Positions 1 to 8,933 of a DNA stretch of 10,985 bases are shown in pieces. The DNA comes from Octopus sinensis (lineage: Eukaryota). Numbering within the stretch: the stretch's first letter is position 1; each line of letters opens with the position of its first letter. The stretch spans positions 1 to 10,985 of the forward strand of contig NW_021827129.1 of assembly GCF_006345805.1 (NCBI RefSeq), read 5' to 3'. The notes under the pieces were generated by a model. The model worked only from the letters and a program-made list of their open reading frames with translations. It had not been told where the DNA came from and did no database searches. Both the position numbers and the translations under genes were made by a program.

Positions 1-229
1 CCAATTAAGGACTGACACGAAAAGTGGACAGTCAACATGCTAGATATAGACGTCAAATCGCCATTCACCACAAAAGATATGTTCTCACGCGATACTCCGG
101 TGTCGTTTTTACATCTAGTCCAGCAAATTGCATTCATAACAGACCATGCTTTGACATATTAAATTTGGCCAGTATATCTAGTAGCTAATATGCCACAAGT
201 CTGGGATCCTATATGAGAACTGGTGGGGA

Positions 230-553
230 AAATTAAGATATTTAGGACTTTAGTATCCAAACTGATTGTGCTATACAGCCTAATAGACCAGATATTGTGG
301 TAAAAAAAGTCACGTTGACCAAATATGTCTGCTCACCGCAATACTTCTGTAAAATTATTTGAAATAAAAGGATCTTGAAAAATATGGTCTGAAAAATGTG
401 GCATTTAAGAACAAGTGTAATGGTAACCATCAGAGCTTTGGGGACAATACCAAAAGGCACTCTTAAACACTATGACCAAGTAGCAAGGTATCAAAACAAC
501 AAAAAATTGTTTCCATGGGTACTGTACAAATCCTTAAAAAAGTGTCAACTTGA
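230..553 (+). mobile_element. Decayed C-terminal restriction-like endonuclease (RLE) region of a non-LTR retrotransposon, R4/Dong-like
   Basis: Manual translation across frameshifts: 246-308 DFSIQTDCAIQPNRPDIVVKK (RPD motif at 285-293, preceded by TAG where W is expected), 368-379 KDLE, 393 onward KMWHLRTSVMVTIRALGTIPKG, then QKIVSMGTVQILKKVST* (TGA 551-553). This matches the recalled WDFxIQTD..RPDIV..KY.DL..W...V.IGALG..P...QK...GT..ILRKVL pattern of R4-clade RLE domains. Confidence 0.8.
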
Positions 554-1086
554 AAACCCCTAATTCTCTTAAAACTGTATCAAAACTGAAATATAACAAA
601 TTTAACAGAATCTTAGATCTCAGATTCTGGCCTCCTTCACATAGGCTCTCTCTCTCTCCACTATTATATGTACACGCACGATATTTATATACATTTGTGT
701 ACACGTATTTCTTTTCTCATCGCATATGATTTATATATAATGTCTGAGAGTGTGTGGGTGGGTGAGTGGGTGGGTGTGGGTCGTGTGTGCACGTGCGAGT
801 TTGGATGCGTGTTTGCGTGGTTGCGTATTTGAGAAATGTTGTTAATAGGAAGAATAGTTTAAAATCATGCGTTGCAATTCTTCCCCGTCCAAATCGTAAT
901 TTTTTGAAATTTGATTTACCACAATTTTCTTCGTCTAATTTTATTTATTTCCAATGAATGTTCCAGAAGAATCAGGTGAGTAAAATAAGGAGAAGGGAAG
1001 AGGAATTTGTTCGATATTTAATGATTCAGAAACTATTGTGTTCCACTGATGTTGCATGTAACGTCTCAGATAATTGCAAGACATAC

Positions 1087-1303
1087 TCTCTTTACTCTTT
1101 TACTTGTTTCAGTCATTTGACTGCGGCCATGCTGGAGCACCGCCTTTAGTCGAGCAAATCAACCACGGGACTTATTCTTTGTAAGCCCAGTACTTATTCT
1201 ATCAGTCTCTTTTGCCGAACCGCTAAGTGACGGGGACGTAAACACACCAGCATCGGTTGTCAAGCAATGCTAGGGAGACAAACACAGACACACAAAAAAA
1301 TAC

Positions 1304-1339
<36 letters not shown>

Positions 1340-1504
1340 GACAGGCTTCTTTCAGTTTCCGTCTACCAAATCCACTCACAAGGCATTGGTCGGCCCGGGG
1401 CTATAGCAGAAGACACTTGCCCAAGATATGCCACGCAGTGGGACTGAACCCAGAACCATGTGGTTGTTTAGCAAGCTACTTACCACACAGCCACCCCTGC
1501 GCCT
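1087..1504 (-). mobile_element. tRNA-derived SINE family A, copy 1 (full length)
   Basis: Near-identical to the reverse complement of 10404-10813. Pol III A-box-like TGGCTGTGTGG, B-box-like GGTTCAGTCCC, CORE-like CTTGGGCAAGTG motif, internal (TA)n/(TG)n tract, 3' tail GAAACAAGTAAAAGAGTAAAGAGA. Confidence 0.9.
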
Positions 1505-1820
1505 ATGCAGCATATGCTTGTATGTGTGAATGTAATTTCTACATTATTACGAATGCTATTACATTCTGAGAAAATAGTCTTGAGACAATAGCTTCACTTA
1601 TACACTGCTATTCTATCTTAAAAGCACTGGGTAAAGGATTATTGGCCGTATAACTGCTATAATAAGCATTGGTGTTTCAAATGATGCACTCTTATGACAA
1701 GAAAAATCACAAAATTGATAGCTTGAATGACTTTTAATGCGCCTTGACGTTTGAACAACGCTAATGCATGCAATGTGCTATAATAACAAGATGGTTGCTT
1801 CAAAATTCCTGACGTTTGAA

Positions 1821-2054
1821 TGTGTGTGTGTGTGTGTGTGTTGTGTGTATGTTTGTGTGTTGCAAATATATGATATATCTATATTTATATATATATATAT
1901 ATATAGATATATATATATATATCTATATCTGTATATTATATTTATACATATATGTGTATTATTATTCGTATATATATATATATATACATACATGCATATA
2001 TATATATAATACACATACATATTTCTGTATATATATATACATACATTCATATAT

Positions 2055-2093
<39 letters not shown>

Positions 2094-2225
2094 ACACACA
2101 TATATATATACACATACACTATATATGCATATATATATGTATGTGTGTGTATGTGTATACACACATTTATATGTATATATATATATGTATATATATTACA
2201 AATTATTTTATAATTATATACATAA
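1821..2225. repeat. Compound (TG)n/(TA)n/(CA)n microsatellite, low complexity
   Basis: Direct reading. It explains the Y/I/C/V-rich ORFs between 1764 and 2281. Confidence 0.95.
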
Positions 2226-2622
2226 TTATAACAAGGGGTCAGCTTAATGCATCACCACGCGCTTCTAGAAATAGACGTTAAAGTCTTTTTTACAACCCTA
2301 AAATCTCCGAGAATAACACACTTATTGTAGGCAACTAAAAGAAAAATAATGAATCCAACTTCGTTAACTGTAGACGCGTTTCGAACTCAAAGTAAAAATA
2401 ATTTTACTCACTGTCTCATTAATACGGTACTCCTTAAGCAAAAAAATTCGCATGTATTTCAAGAATATGCACCTGATCATGCAATATCAATTGTCCTGTA
2501 TTCATCCATACTCGCAAAAATATACTGCCGCGTTTAATTCAAACCTCACTTTTATACCCACGTGTGTGTGTTCAGATCTAAGACCGCAATAAATGCCGTT
2601 TCGTTCATGGAGTGAATATATC

Positions 2623-2835
2623 TTCTTTTATTCTTTTATTCTTTACGTGTTTCAGTCATTTGACTGCGGCCATGCTGGAGCACCGCCTTTAGTCGAGCAA
2701 ATCGACCCCGGGACTTATTCTTTGTAAGCCCAGTACTTATTCTATCGGTCACTTTTTGCCGAACTGCTAAGTGACGAGGGCGTAAACACACCACATCGGT
2801 TGCCAAGCAATGCTAGGGGGACAAACACAGACACA

Positions 2836-2890
<55 letters not shown>

Positions 2891-3081
2891 TATATATATA
2901 GTATATATATATCATAAGACGACGGGCTTCTTTCATTTCCCGTCTACCAAATCCACTCACAAGGCTTTGGTCGGCCCGAGGCTATAGTAGAAGACACTTG
3001 CCCAAGGTGCCACGCAGTGGGACTGAACCCGAACCATGTGGTTGGTAACAAGCTACTTACCACACAGCCACTCCTGCGCCT
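2623..3081 (-). mobile_element. tRNA-derived SINE family A, copy 2 (full length)
   Basis: Same head, CORE-like motif and tail as copy 1. Longer internal (CA)n(TA)n tract at ~2821-2912. Tail reads (AATAAAAG)n-like on the minus strand. Confidence 0.9.
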
Positions 3082-3199
3082 GTATATATATATTTTATTG
3101 TTTGTTTTTATGTTAAGTTATAACGAAAAATAATTTGACATGAATATTATGGGTTAATCTATGTATTTGTAGAGTGCAAATTATTATTTTTATACAAGA

Positions 3200-3303
3200 A
3201 TGTTGTTGAGAGTCACCTTGAAGCTTCGGCCAGCCAAGCCATCGTCAGCAGTTCGATATGATGGCTTAGCTAGCTGAAACTTCAAAGTCACCGTCAACAA
3301 CAT
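3200..3303. repeat. Imperfect inverted repeat (44-bp arms, 16-nt spacer), MITE-like or hairpin
   Basis: 3200-3243 vs reverse complement of 3260-3303: 36/44 identical by manual alignment, no gaps. Confidence 0.85.
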
Positions 3304-3313
3304 CTGGCATATA

Positions 3314-3315
<2 letters not shown>

Positions 3316-3356
<41 letters not shown>

Positions 3357-3360
3357 ATAT
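3316..3360. repeat. (TA)n microsatellite
   Basis: Direct reading. Confidence 0.9.
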
Positions 3361-3663
3361 ATCACCGTGATCACCGTGACCGACCAGGTTATCAGATGTT
3401 GCTACACATCGCTGGTCACAATGCGCTTCGCATTGTTTTAGCCTTAAAATGACGCCACCCCGCTGGCTAAGTGAGCAGGCCAACAGAAGAAAGAGTGAGA
3501 GAAAGTTGTGGCGAAAGAGTACAGCAGGGAACGCCCCCCCCCTCCTGCAGTAGCCTCGTAGAGCTTTAGGTGTTTTCGCTCAATAAACACTCACAACGCC
3601 CGGTCTGGGAATCGAAACCGCGATCTCACGACCCCGAGTCCGCTGCCCTAACCACTGGGCCAT
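3361..3663 (-). mobile_element. tRNA-derived SINE family C
   Basis: Minus strand begins TGGCCCAGTGGTTAGGGCAGCGGACTC...GGTTTCGATTCCCAGACCGGGCG (A box and B box of a tRNA-like head), followed by a ~230-nt non-tRNA body ending in a short tandem tail (CACGGTGAT)x2. Confidence 0.8.
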
Positions 3664-3699
3664 ATATATGTATATATGTGTAGGTAGATAAATAGATAG

Positions 3700-3880
3700 A
3701 CACAGGTTTCGTGATGCAAACAGGAAAATGGAACTGAGGACATGAGGACATATACGGTTTTATTAATAATCGGATCGGTTGCAATTTTCGAATGGCTTAA
3801 CGACAGAAAATTTTGGGCGTTAATAAGTCCCTAGGTACGAAACTCTCTGTCTCCGAGTCACTCTGTAACTTCTGAAGCAT
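3700..3880 (+). mobile_element. Possible Penelope-like element terminal-repeat remnant with a decayed hammerhead-like motif at 3820-3859
   Basis: TTAATAA-GTCC-CTAG-GTAC-GAAA-CTC...GAG-TC follows the order CTGATGA-stem II-GAAA-stem III-UH, with 3 transition changes in the core. Boundaries are approximate. Confidence 0.4.
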
Positions 3881-3909
3881 ATTAATAAAAATGAGTATGT
3901 ATAGACCTA

Positions 3910-3917
3910 TATGTGTT

Positions 3918-3951
<34 letters not shown>

Positions 3952-3970
3952 CGTGTGGGTGAGTGTGTGT
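3910..3970. repeat. (TG)n microsatellite
   Basis: Direct reading. Confidence 0.9.
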
Positions 3971-4240
3971 TCTTACATATAATGATTGCTTCATTTGGTC
4001 AGATGATAGCCGTGTTACATACGATAGTGTGACATCTGTGCGCCAATTGATTTAAGTGAGAAAACTTGGTACAACACTTTTGCCACTCTAACGGTCACCA
4101 TATTAAGTTCCAGTGACAAGCATTGCAAAATGATTGGTACTATTTTAACTACAAGTTTTATCTCAGAACATGAAACTTCTAGAAGAGCTGGCTTCCCCAC
4201 TGCCTTGTCAAAAATAACGGAAGCCTCCTGTACCCCTGGA

Positions 4241-4650
4241 GGAACACTGACAGCTACTACCATTCTGGGTCAGAACGGACAAGGAAGTAATGATAATTAA
4301 ACGGTAACTCCACGCTCCCTTGTCAAGAAGGCGGCGAGCTGGCAGAAACGTTAGCACGCCGGGCGAGATGCTTAGCGGTATTTCGTCTGCGTTACGTTGT
4401 GAGTTCAAATTCCGCCGATGTCGACTTTGCCTTTCATCCTTTCGGGGTCGATAAATTAAGGACCAGTTACGCACTGGCGTCGATGTAATCGACTTAATAC
4501 CTATGTCTGTCCTTGTTTGTCCGTTCTGTGTTTAGCCTCTTGTGGGTAATAAAGAAATAGGTAACTCCACGCTCCCCACAACTTCAGAATTCCTGGACTG
4601 GAGCCCCACCATTGAATGCAGCTTGATGCCATACCCACGTACCTAGGACA
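4241..4650. repeat. Older interspersed repeat interrupted by the SINE at 4320-4559
   Basis: Joining the flanks across the TSD gives CCATTCTGGGTCAGAACGGACAAGGAAGTAATG...ACTCCACGCTCCCCACAACTTCAG...ACTGGAGCCCCACCATTGAATGCAG...CATACCC. This resembles an abundant octopus repeat as recalled from memory, not verified. Confidence 0.4.
4320..4559 (+). mobile_element. tRNA-derived SINE family B, full length, with 17-bp target-site duplication
   Basis: Head GGCGGCGAGCTGGCAGAAACGTTAG, B-box-like GAGTTCAAATTCC, central GTCGACTTTGCCTTTCATCCTTTCGGGGTCGATAAA, A-rich tail AATAAAGAAATA. Flanked by GGTAACTCCACGCTCCC at 4303-4319 and 4560-4576. Confidence 0.9.
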
Positions 4651-4771
4651 TACATTCAAGGTGTTCGGGAGGAATTCAGCGAAATTTTATGTTGCCATTT
4701 TTTTAGGATCAGTTTGATGTATTGGGAAACAGTCAATGGCGTCGGAAGGTATAAAGATTGAAACTAAATTT

Positions 4772-4871
4772 AGTCGACCTCGGTGGAGTTTGAACTCAGA
4801 ACGTAAACTCGGTCGAAACGCCGCTGAGAATTTTGCCCGGCGGACTAACGATTCTGCCAGTTTGCCGCCTT
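4772..4871 (-). mobile_element. SINE family B, diverged 5' fragment, nested in the transposon's 5' region
   Basis: Reverse complement AAGGCGGCAAACTGGCAGAATCGTTAGTCCGCCGGGC...GAGTTCAAACTCCACCGAGGTCGACT aligns to 4328-4427. Confidence 0.85.
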
Positions 4872-4892
4872 GAATATTGGACAAGAGTTGCC

Positions 4893-5469
4893 TGCATCAT
4901 GATGATTCACGCTACGAATCAAAATACCGGTATCATGACTGTTGCTCAATGCTCTCTGAACACTATAATGGCCGTAAGACGTGCCATGAACATCATGAAA
5001 ATTAAGTTTCCCCTAAACCATGATGGTCTTTGGGTGTGTCTCCTGTGGGGGTGACGTCATGTCGCCCATATCTTTGAACAGCGCCTTAGGCTCAATTCAG
5101 ACTGTTATGTAAAGCTGGCTGGAGAACGTGGTCAAACTCTGGCTGGAGAGGGTTGCTGTTAGACAGCCATATGTGTGGCAGCAAGATTTAGCCCCTTGAA
5201 CATACCCCCAGAAAGAGTCAGAAGCGATTGTCGGAGAATTTCTATGACTTCACCAATCCCAATTACAAGCCTCCTATGTCCTCCGAGTGTAATCCCATTC
5301 ATTATTAAGTGTGGGGCGCAGTTGAGAAACATCAACCGCTCTGCCTAGCTGGTAACCAAGTTCAAGGAGGTGTTCAAAAGAACCTCCCAGAGACACATTG
5401 AAGAATGCATGCATCAGGTTCCAGAGCTGTCTTGATGCCGTGTTGGAAGCTGAGGTCGGTTTTCTTGAG
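4893..5469 (+). pseudogene. DD37D transposase pseudogene (frameshifts, stops, large internal deletion)
   Basis: Across frameshifts: CIMMIHATNQNTGIMTVAQCSLNTI (HTH-like) / MKIKFP..MMVFGCVSCGGDVMS / HIFEQRLRLNSDCYVKL / LENVVKLWLERVAVRQPYVWQQD(5185-5187)LAP* / HTPRKSQKRLSENFYDFTNPNYKPPMSSECNPIH(5300-5302)Y*VWGAVEK / LPRDTLKNACIRFQSCLDAVLEAEVGFLE. There are 37 codons between the QQD aspartate and the third catalytic position (CAT, one change from GAT). Confidence 0.88.
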
Positions 5470-5560
5470 TTAACAGTTATCTCCCAGCCATACGCTAGTG
5501 GATAACGTTTGATTTTTTAAAATATATTTATATCTTGATAGGGTATTATGTTTTCTTTCC

Positions 5561-5656
5561 TTTTATGCAAGCTGTCAAATATAACCCGAGCACTCTTTAC
5601 ATACATTCATATATACATACATACATACATACATACAGACTAATACATGTATGTGA

Positions 5657-5715
<59 letters not shown>

Positions 5716-5822
5716 TGATCTGAAAATTTTCTGTAAATAATTTTATGCAAGCTGCAAATATAACCCGAGCACTCTTTACATACATTCATACATACATACA
5801 TACATACATACATACAGACTCA

Positions 5823-5877
<55 letters not shown>

Positions 5878-6021
5878 TGTGTGTGAGTCTGTACCAACCA
5901 TATACCTGCCCTAAAATAAATCTGAAAATTTTCTGTAAATAATTTTATGCTAGCTGTCAAATATAACCCGAGCACTCTTTACATACATTCATACATACAT
6001 ACAGACAGACAGACTCATACA

Positions 6022-6064
<43 letters not shown>

Positions 6065-6361
6065 TGTACGTGAGTCTGTACCAACCATATATCTGCCCTA
6101 AAATAAATCTGAAAATTTTCTGTAAATAATTTTATGCAAGCTATCAAATATAACCCGAGCACTCTTTACATACATTCATACATACATACATACATCATAC
6201 ATACATACATACATTACATACATACATACATACATACAGACTCATACATGTATATGTGTGTGTGTGTGTGTGCATGTGTGTGTACGTGTGTGTGTGTGTA
6301 CGTGAGTCTGTACCAACCATATACCAGCCCTAAAATAAATCTGAAAATTTTCTGTAAATAA
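5561..6361. repeat. Tandem array of 4 units (180, 202, 187, 232 bp), each with internal (TACA)n and (TG)n tracts
   Basis: Units start at 5561, 5741, 5943 and 6130 with a near-identical TTTTATGCAAGCTGTCAAATATAACCCGAGCACTCTTTACATACATTCAT and end with ATCTGAAAATTTTCTGTAAATAA. Confidence 0.95.
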
Positions 6362-6804
6362 TTTTCCTTTTGCGCATTGATAATTTCGATGGTGTAGAGT
6401 TAATGCTGATAAGTGTACCATCCATGGAGAATGGTGAAAGATTCTAAAAGCATTGCTGCTCCCTGCTTGGTGTTACTACTTCTACAGCAGTCACTTTGGT
6501 ATTTAAAACAAAATGATAAAGTAAAATTTAGCAATCACCGTTTTTTGTTATATTTTTTACGTTCTCATCTTTACATGTTATGTTATTAACTGGCAGACTG
6601 CTTTTGTTTCTCAGGTCGATCCAGGAATAGAAGAGAGAGAACTGAAATAAAACCACCTCCTCAGGGATTCTATTTTGATCGAAATCAATGAAAAACGTCG
6701 ATATTATAGCTTCTTTTTTTTTTCTATTAGGTCACTGGATTTCTGACGAAAGATATATGGAGCGCCCCCTATGTAATAATAATAATAATGTGTGTATGTG
6801 TGAG

Positions 6805-6994
6805 TGAAGGCGTGGCTGTGTGGTAAGAAGCTTGCTTCTAACCCGGAACCACATGGTTCTGAGTTCAATTCCATTGCGTGACACCTACGGCAACTGTCTC
6901 TACTATAGCCTCGGGCCGACCAAAGCCTTGTGAGTGGATTTGGTAGACAGAAGTCCATCATATAATATATATAATATATATATCTATATATATA

Positions 6995-7060
<66 letters not shown>

Positions 7061-7081
7061 GTATGTATGTATGTAATATTA

Positions 7082-7112
<31 letters not shown>

Positions 7113-7352
7113 TGTATTTATATGAGTGTGTCTTTCTATCAGTATTTGTCCGTCCGCCATCGCTTAATCACCGCAGTTATTCTGTTTACGTCCCCGTAAC
7201 TTAGCGGTTCGTCAAAAGAAAGCGATAGAATAAGTTCTTGGCTTACAAAGAATAAGTCCTGGGTAGATTCCTTCGACTAAACAAACAAACATTTGAGGCG
7301 GTGCTCCAGTATGGCCGCAGTCAAATGACTGAAACAAGTAAAAGCATAAAAG
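6805..7352 (+). mobile_element. tRNA-derived SINE family A, copy 3 (most diverged, expanded internal microsatellite)
   Basis: GTGGCTGTGTGGTAAGAAGCTTGC...GCCTCGGGCCGACCAAAGCCTTGTGAGTGGATTTGGTAGAC, then ~165 bp of (TA)n(TATG)n, then ...GGCGGTGCTCCAGTATGGCCGCAGTCAAATGACTGAAACAAGTAAAAG. Confidence 0.88.
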
Positions 7353-7449
7353 AATGTGTTTGTGTGTGTATGTATATATACGAATGTGTATATTTATATA
7401 CATATATATATAGGTGTGTGTATGCATAAATAGCAAGGAGGATTATTGA

Positions 7450-7587
7450 TTTTTCTGGTTGAGTGGAGTGGAGTAACGTGAAATGAAGTATTTTGTTCAA
7501 GAATACAGTGCGTCGCCCGGTCCGGGAATCGAAATCGCAATCTTACGTTCATGGCACAACACCTCCTAATCGCTTAAACACGCGCCT
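7450..7587 (-). mobile_element. Old tRNA-derived SINE fragment, head related to family C
   Basis: CGCCCGGTCCGGGAATCGAAATCGCAATCTTACG (7514-7547) matches CGCCCGGTCTGGGAATCGAAACCGCGATCTCACG (3597-3630). On the minus strand a CORE-like TTCTTGAACAAAATACTTCATTTCACGTT follows. Confidence 0.65.
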
Positions 7588-8309
7588 GCACACAGTTATG
7601 CGACAACCGCCAGATATTGTAATTTCTCGCATACAATAATGTATTTCAAATATAAAGAGCCATTAAAACTGGTTCTTCCTTTCAAATTAGACAGCCACAG
7701 GCAATAAATAAATAAATAAATAAATATAAACAAGAAGAACCTTAGCAGATGAATTATATTCAGATAAACAGAGTAAGAAAAAAAAAATAGAAAACAGTAT
7801 TAGTTGATGATCGATATTGTTTTATTTTTATATCAGCAAACATATCAGGTGATTTTTAAATGCGATTCGCCTCCTATTTAAGTCACTTCAGCTATCTCAT
7901 TTCAGTTGTCTCCTGCAACAGACAGAATATAATAGAATGTGCTTATTCAAGGATATGCCGGCAGCTGTTTAATAATTACCAAATCAAAGAGGACATTTTG
8001 CATTACAGATATTGTCTCCGATTTTAGAGTTGATAGAAGATTCAACTAATTCCTATATAGGCCAAACTCTCTTAAGAAGTTTAACTATGCATCTTGCAAT
8101 ATTGAGATTTATACTCCTATTTTATTTATCCATAACTTATATATAGACAGCATGAATTCCAACGGAGAATTCTTGAAACAAAAGCCCAATATTATCCAAG
8201 ACGATCACAAACCAGGAAGAACCATCGCTACATTCCTTCTTACCAAAACACTTCTGCCTAAGTTGAGCAAACAAATATCTGATAACATACAATTAACGTT
8301 AAATATAAA

Positions 8310-8810
8310 AACATACACAGTCACACACAGACATACATATACGCCCACACACCACATAATATATGTATAGACAAGGATATACATTTACAACTCATGTAAA
8401 TACACCAATTCCGGCATATGCATACTTAAATACATACATACATACATACATACATATATGCATACATACATACGTTTATACATAACATTCATGAAGTATA
8501 ACATGTAATAAAATCCATATAGGCAATGTCAATCCATGCCTGTACCAATGTATACATGCACACATACGTATGTATATTTATACACGTATACATTTATACA
8601 TGTACCAATGTATACAAACATTTCATACACGCACACACACACGCGCACACGCACACACACATATATATATATATACACAAAGATATCTTTATATATATAA
8701 ATATATATATCCATGTATATCCATGCACACACAATTATGTAGGTGTATATGTATATGTAAATGTAAAAGGATATATTTATATATATATATATACATATAT
8801 ATATACATAT

Positions 8811-8862
<52 letters not shown>

Positions 8863-8933
8863 ATATATATATATTATATACATATATACACCGATGCCAA
8901 TCCCATTTGACGGTATATATATATATATATATA
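8310..8933. repeat. Compound (CA)n/(TACA)n/(TA)n low-complexity region
   Basis: Direct reading. It explains the ORFs at 8526-9154. Confidence 0.9.

Larger units (their letters stand above)
4657..5597 (+). mobile_element. Internally deleted, non-autonomous Tc1/mariner-superfamily DNA transposon, DD37D (maT) type
   Basis: Contains a transposase relic (next feature). Degenerate terminal inverted repeats: left CAAGGTGTTCGGG (4657-4669), right CCCGAGCACTCTT (5585-5597) followed by TA. Both resemble the CAGGGTG...CACCCTG/TA ends recalled for maT elements. The left end is less certain. Confidence 0.7.

Noticed and set aside
40-57. 16/18 match to 2265-2282 (CTAGA.ATAGACGT.AAA)
   Set aside because: Too short to define an element. 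It may be an old repeat remnant but cannot be supported from this window.
1267-1569. Recurring peptide RLPNPLTRxWSARGYSRRHLPK in several ORFs (also 6704-6961, 10358-10633)
   Set aside because: Antisense reading of SINE family A, not a gene family.
1764-2281. Overlapping Y/I/C/V/H/T-rich ORFs (also 5535-6361, 6934-7125, 8526-9530)
   Set aside because: Translations of dinucleotide and tetranucleotide microsatellites, which lack stop codons.
3590-3663. tRNA gene on the minus strand
   Set aside because: A and B boxes are present, but the acceptor stem is incomplete and the sequence continues into a SINE body and tandem tail.
4015-4263. 82-aa minus-strand ORF in non-microsatellite sequence
   Set aside because: No recognisable motif, it starts within a probable repeat, and its length is compatible with chance.
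5561-6361. Repeat-spacer appearance reminiscent of a CRISPR array
   Set aside because: The variable parts are microsatellites rather than unique spacers, units are ~200 bp, the context is eukaryotic and no cas genes are present.
6580-6650. Splice-acceptor-like TATTAAC...CTTTTGTTTCTCAG followed by VDPGIEERELK*
   Set aside because: Such motifs are common in AT-rich DNA, and no supporting upstream exon is visible.
8152-8370. 72-aa plus-strand ORF
   Set aside because: No recognisable domain, and it runs into a (CA)n tract.
8541-8616. 16-bp direct repeat TGTACCAATGTATACA, 60 bp apart
   Set aside because: Lies in low-complexity TACA-rich sequence, consistent with local slippage duplication.
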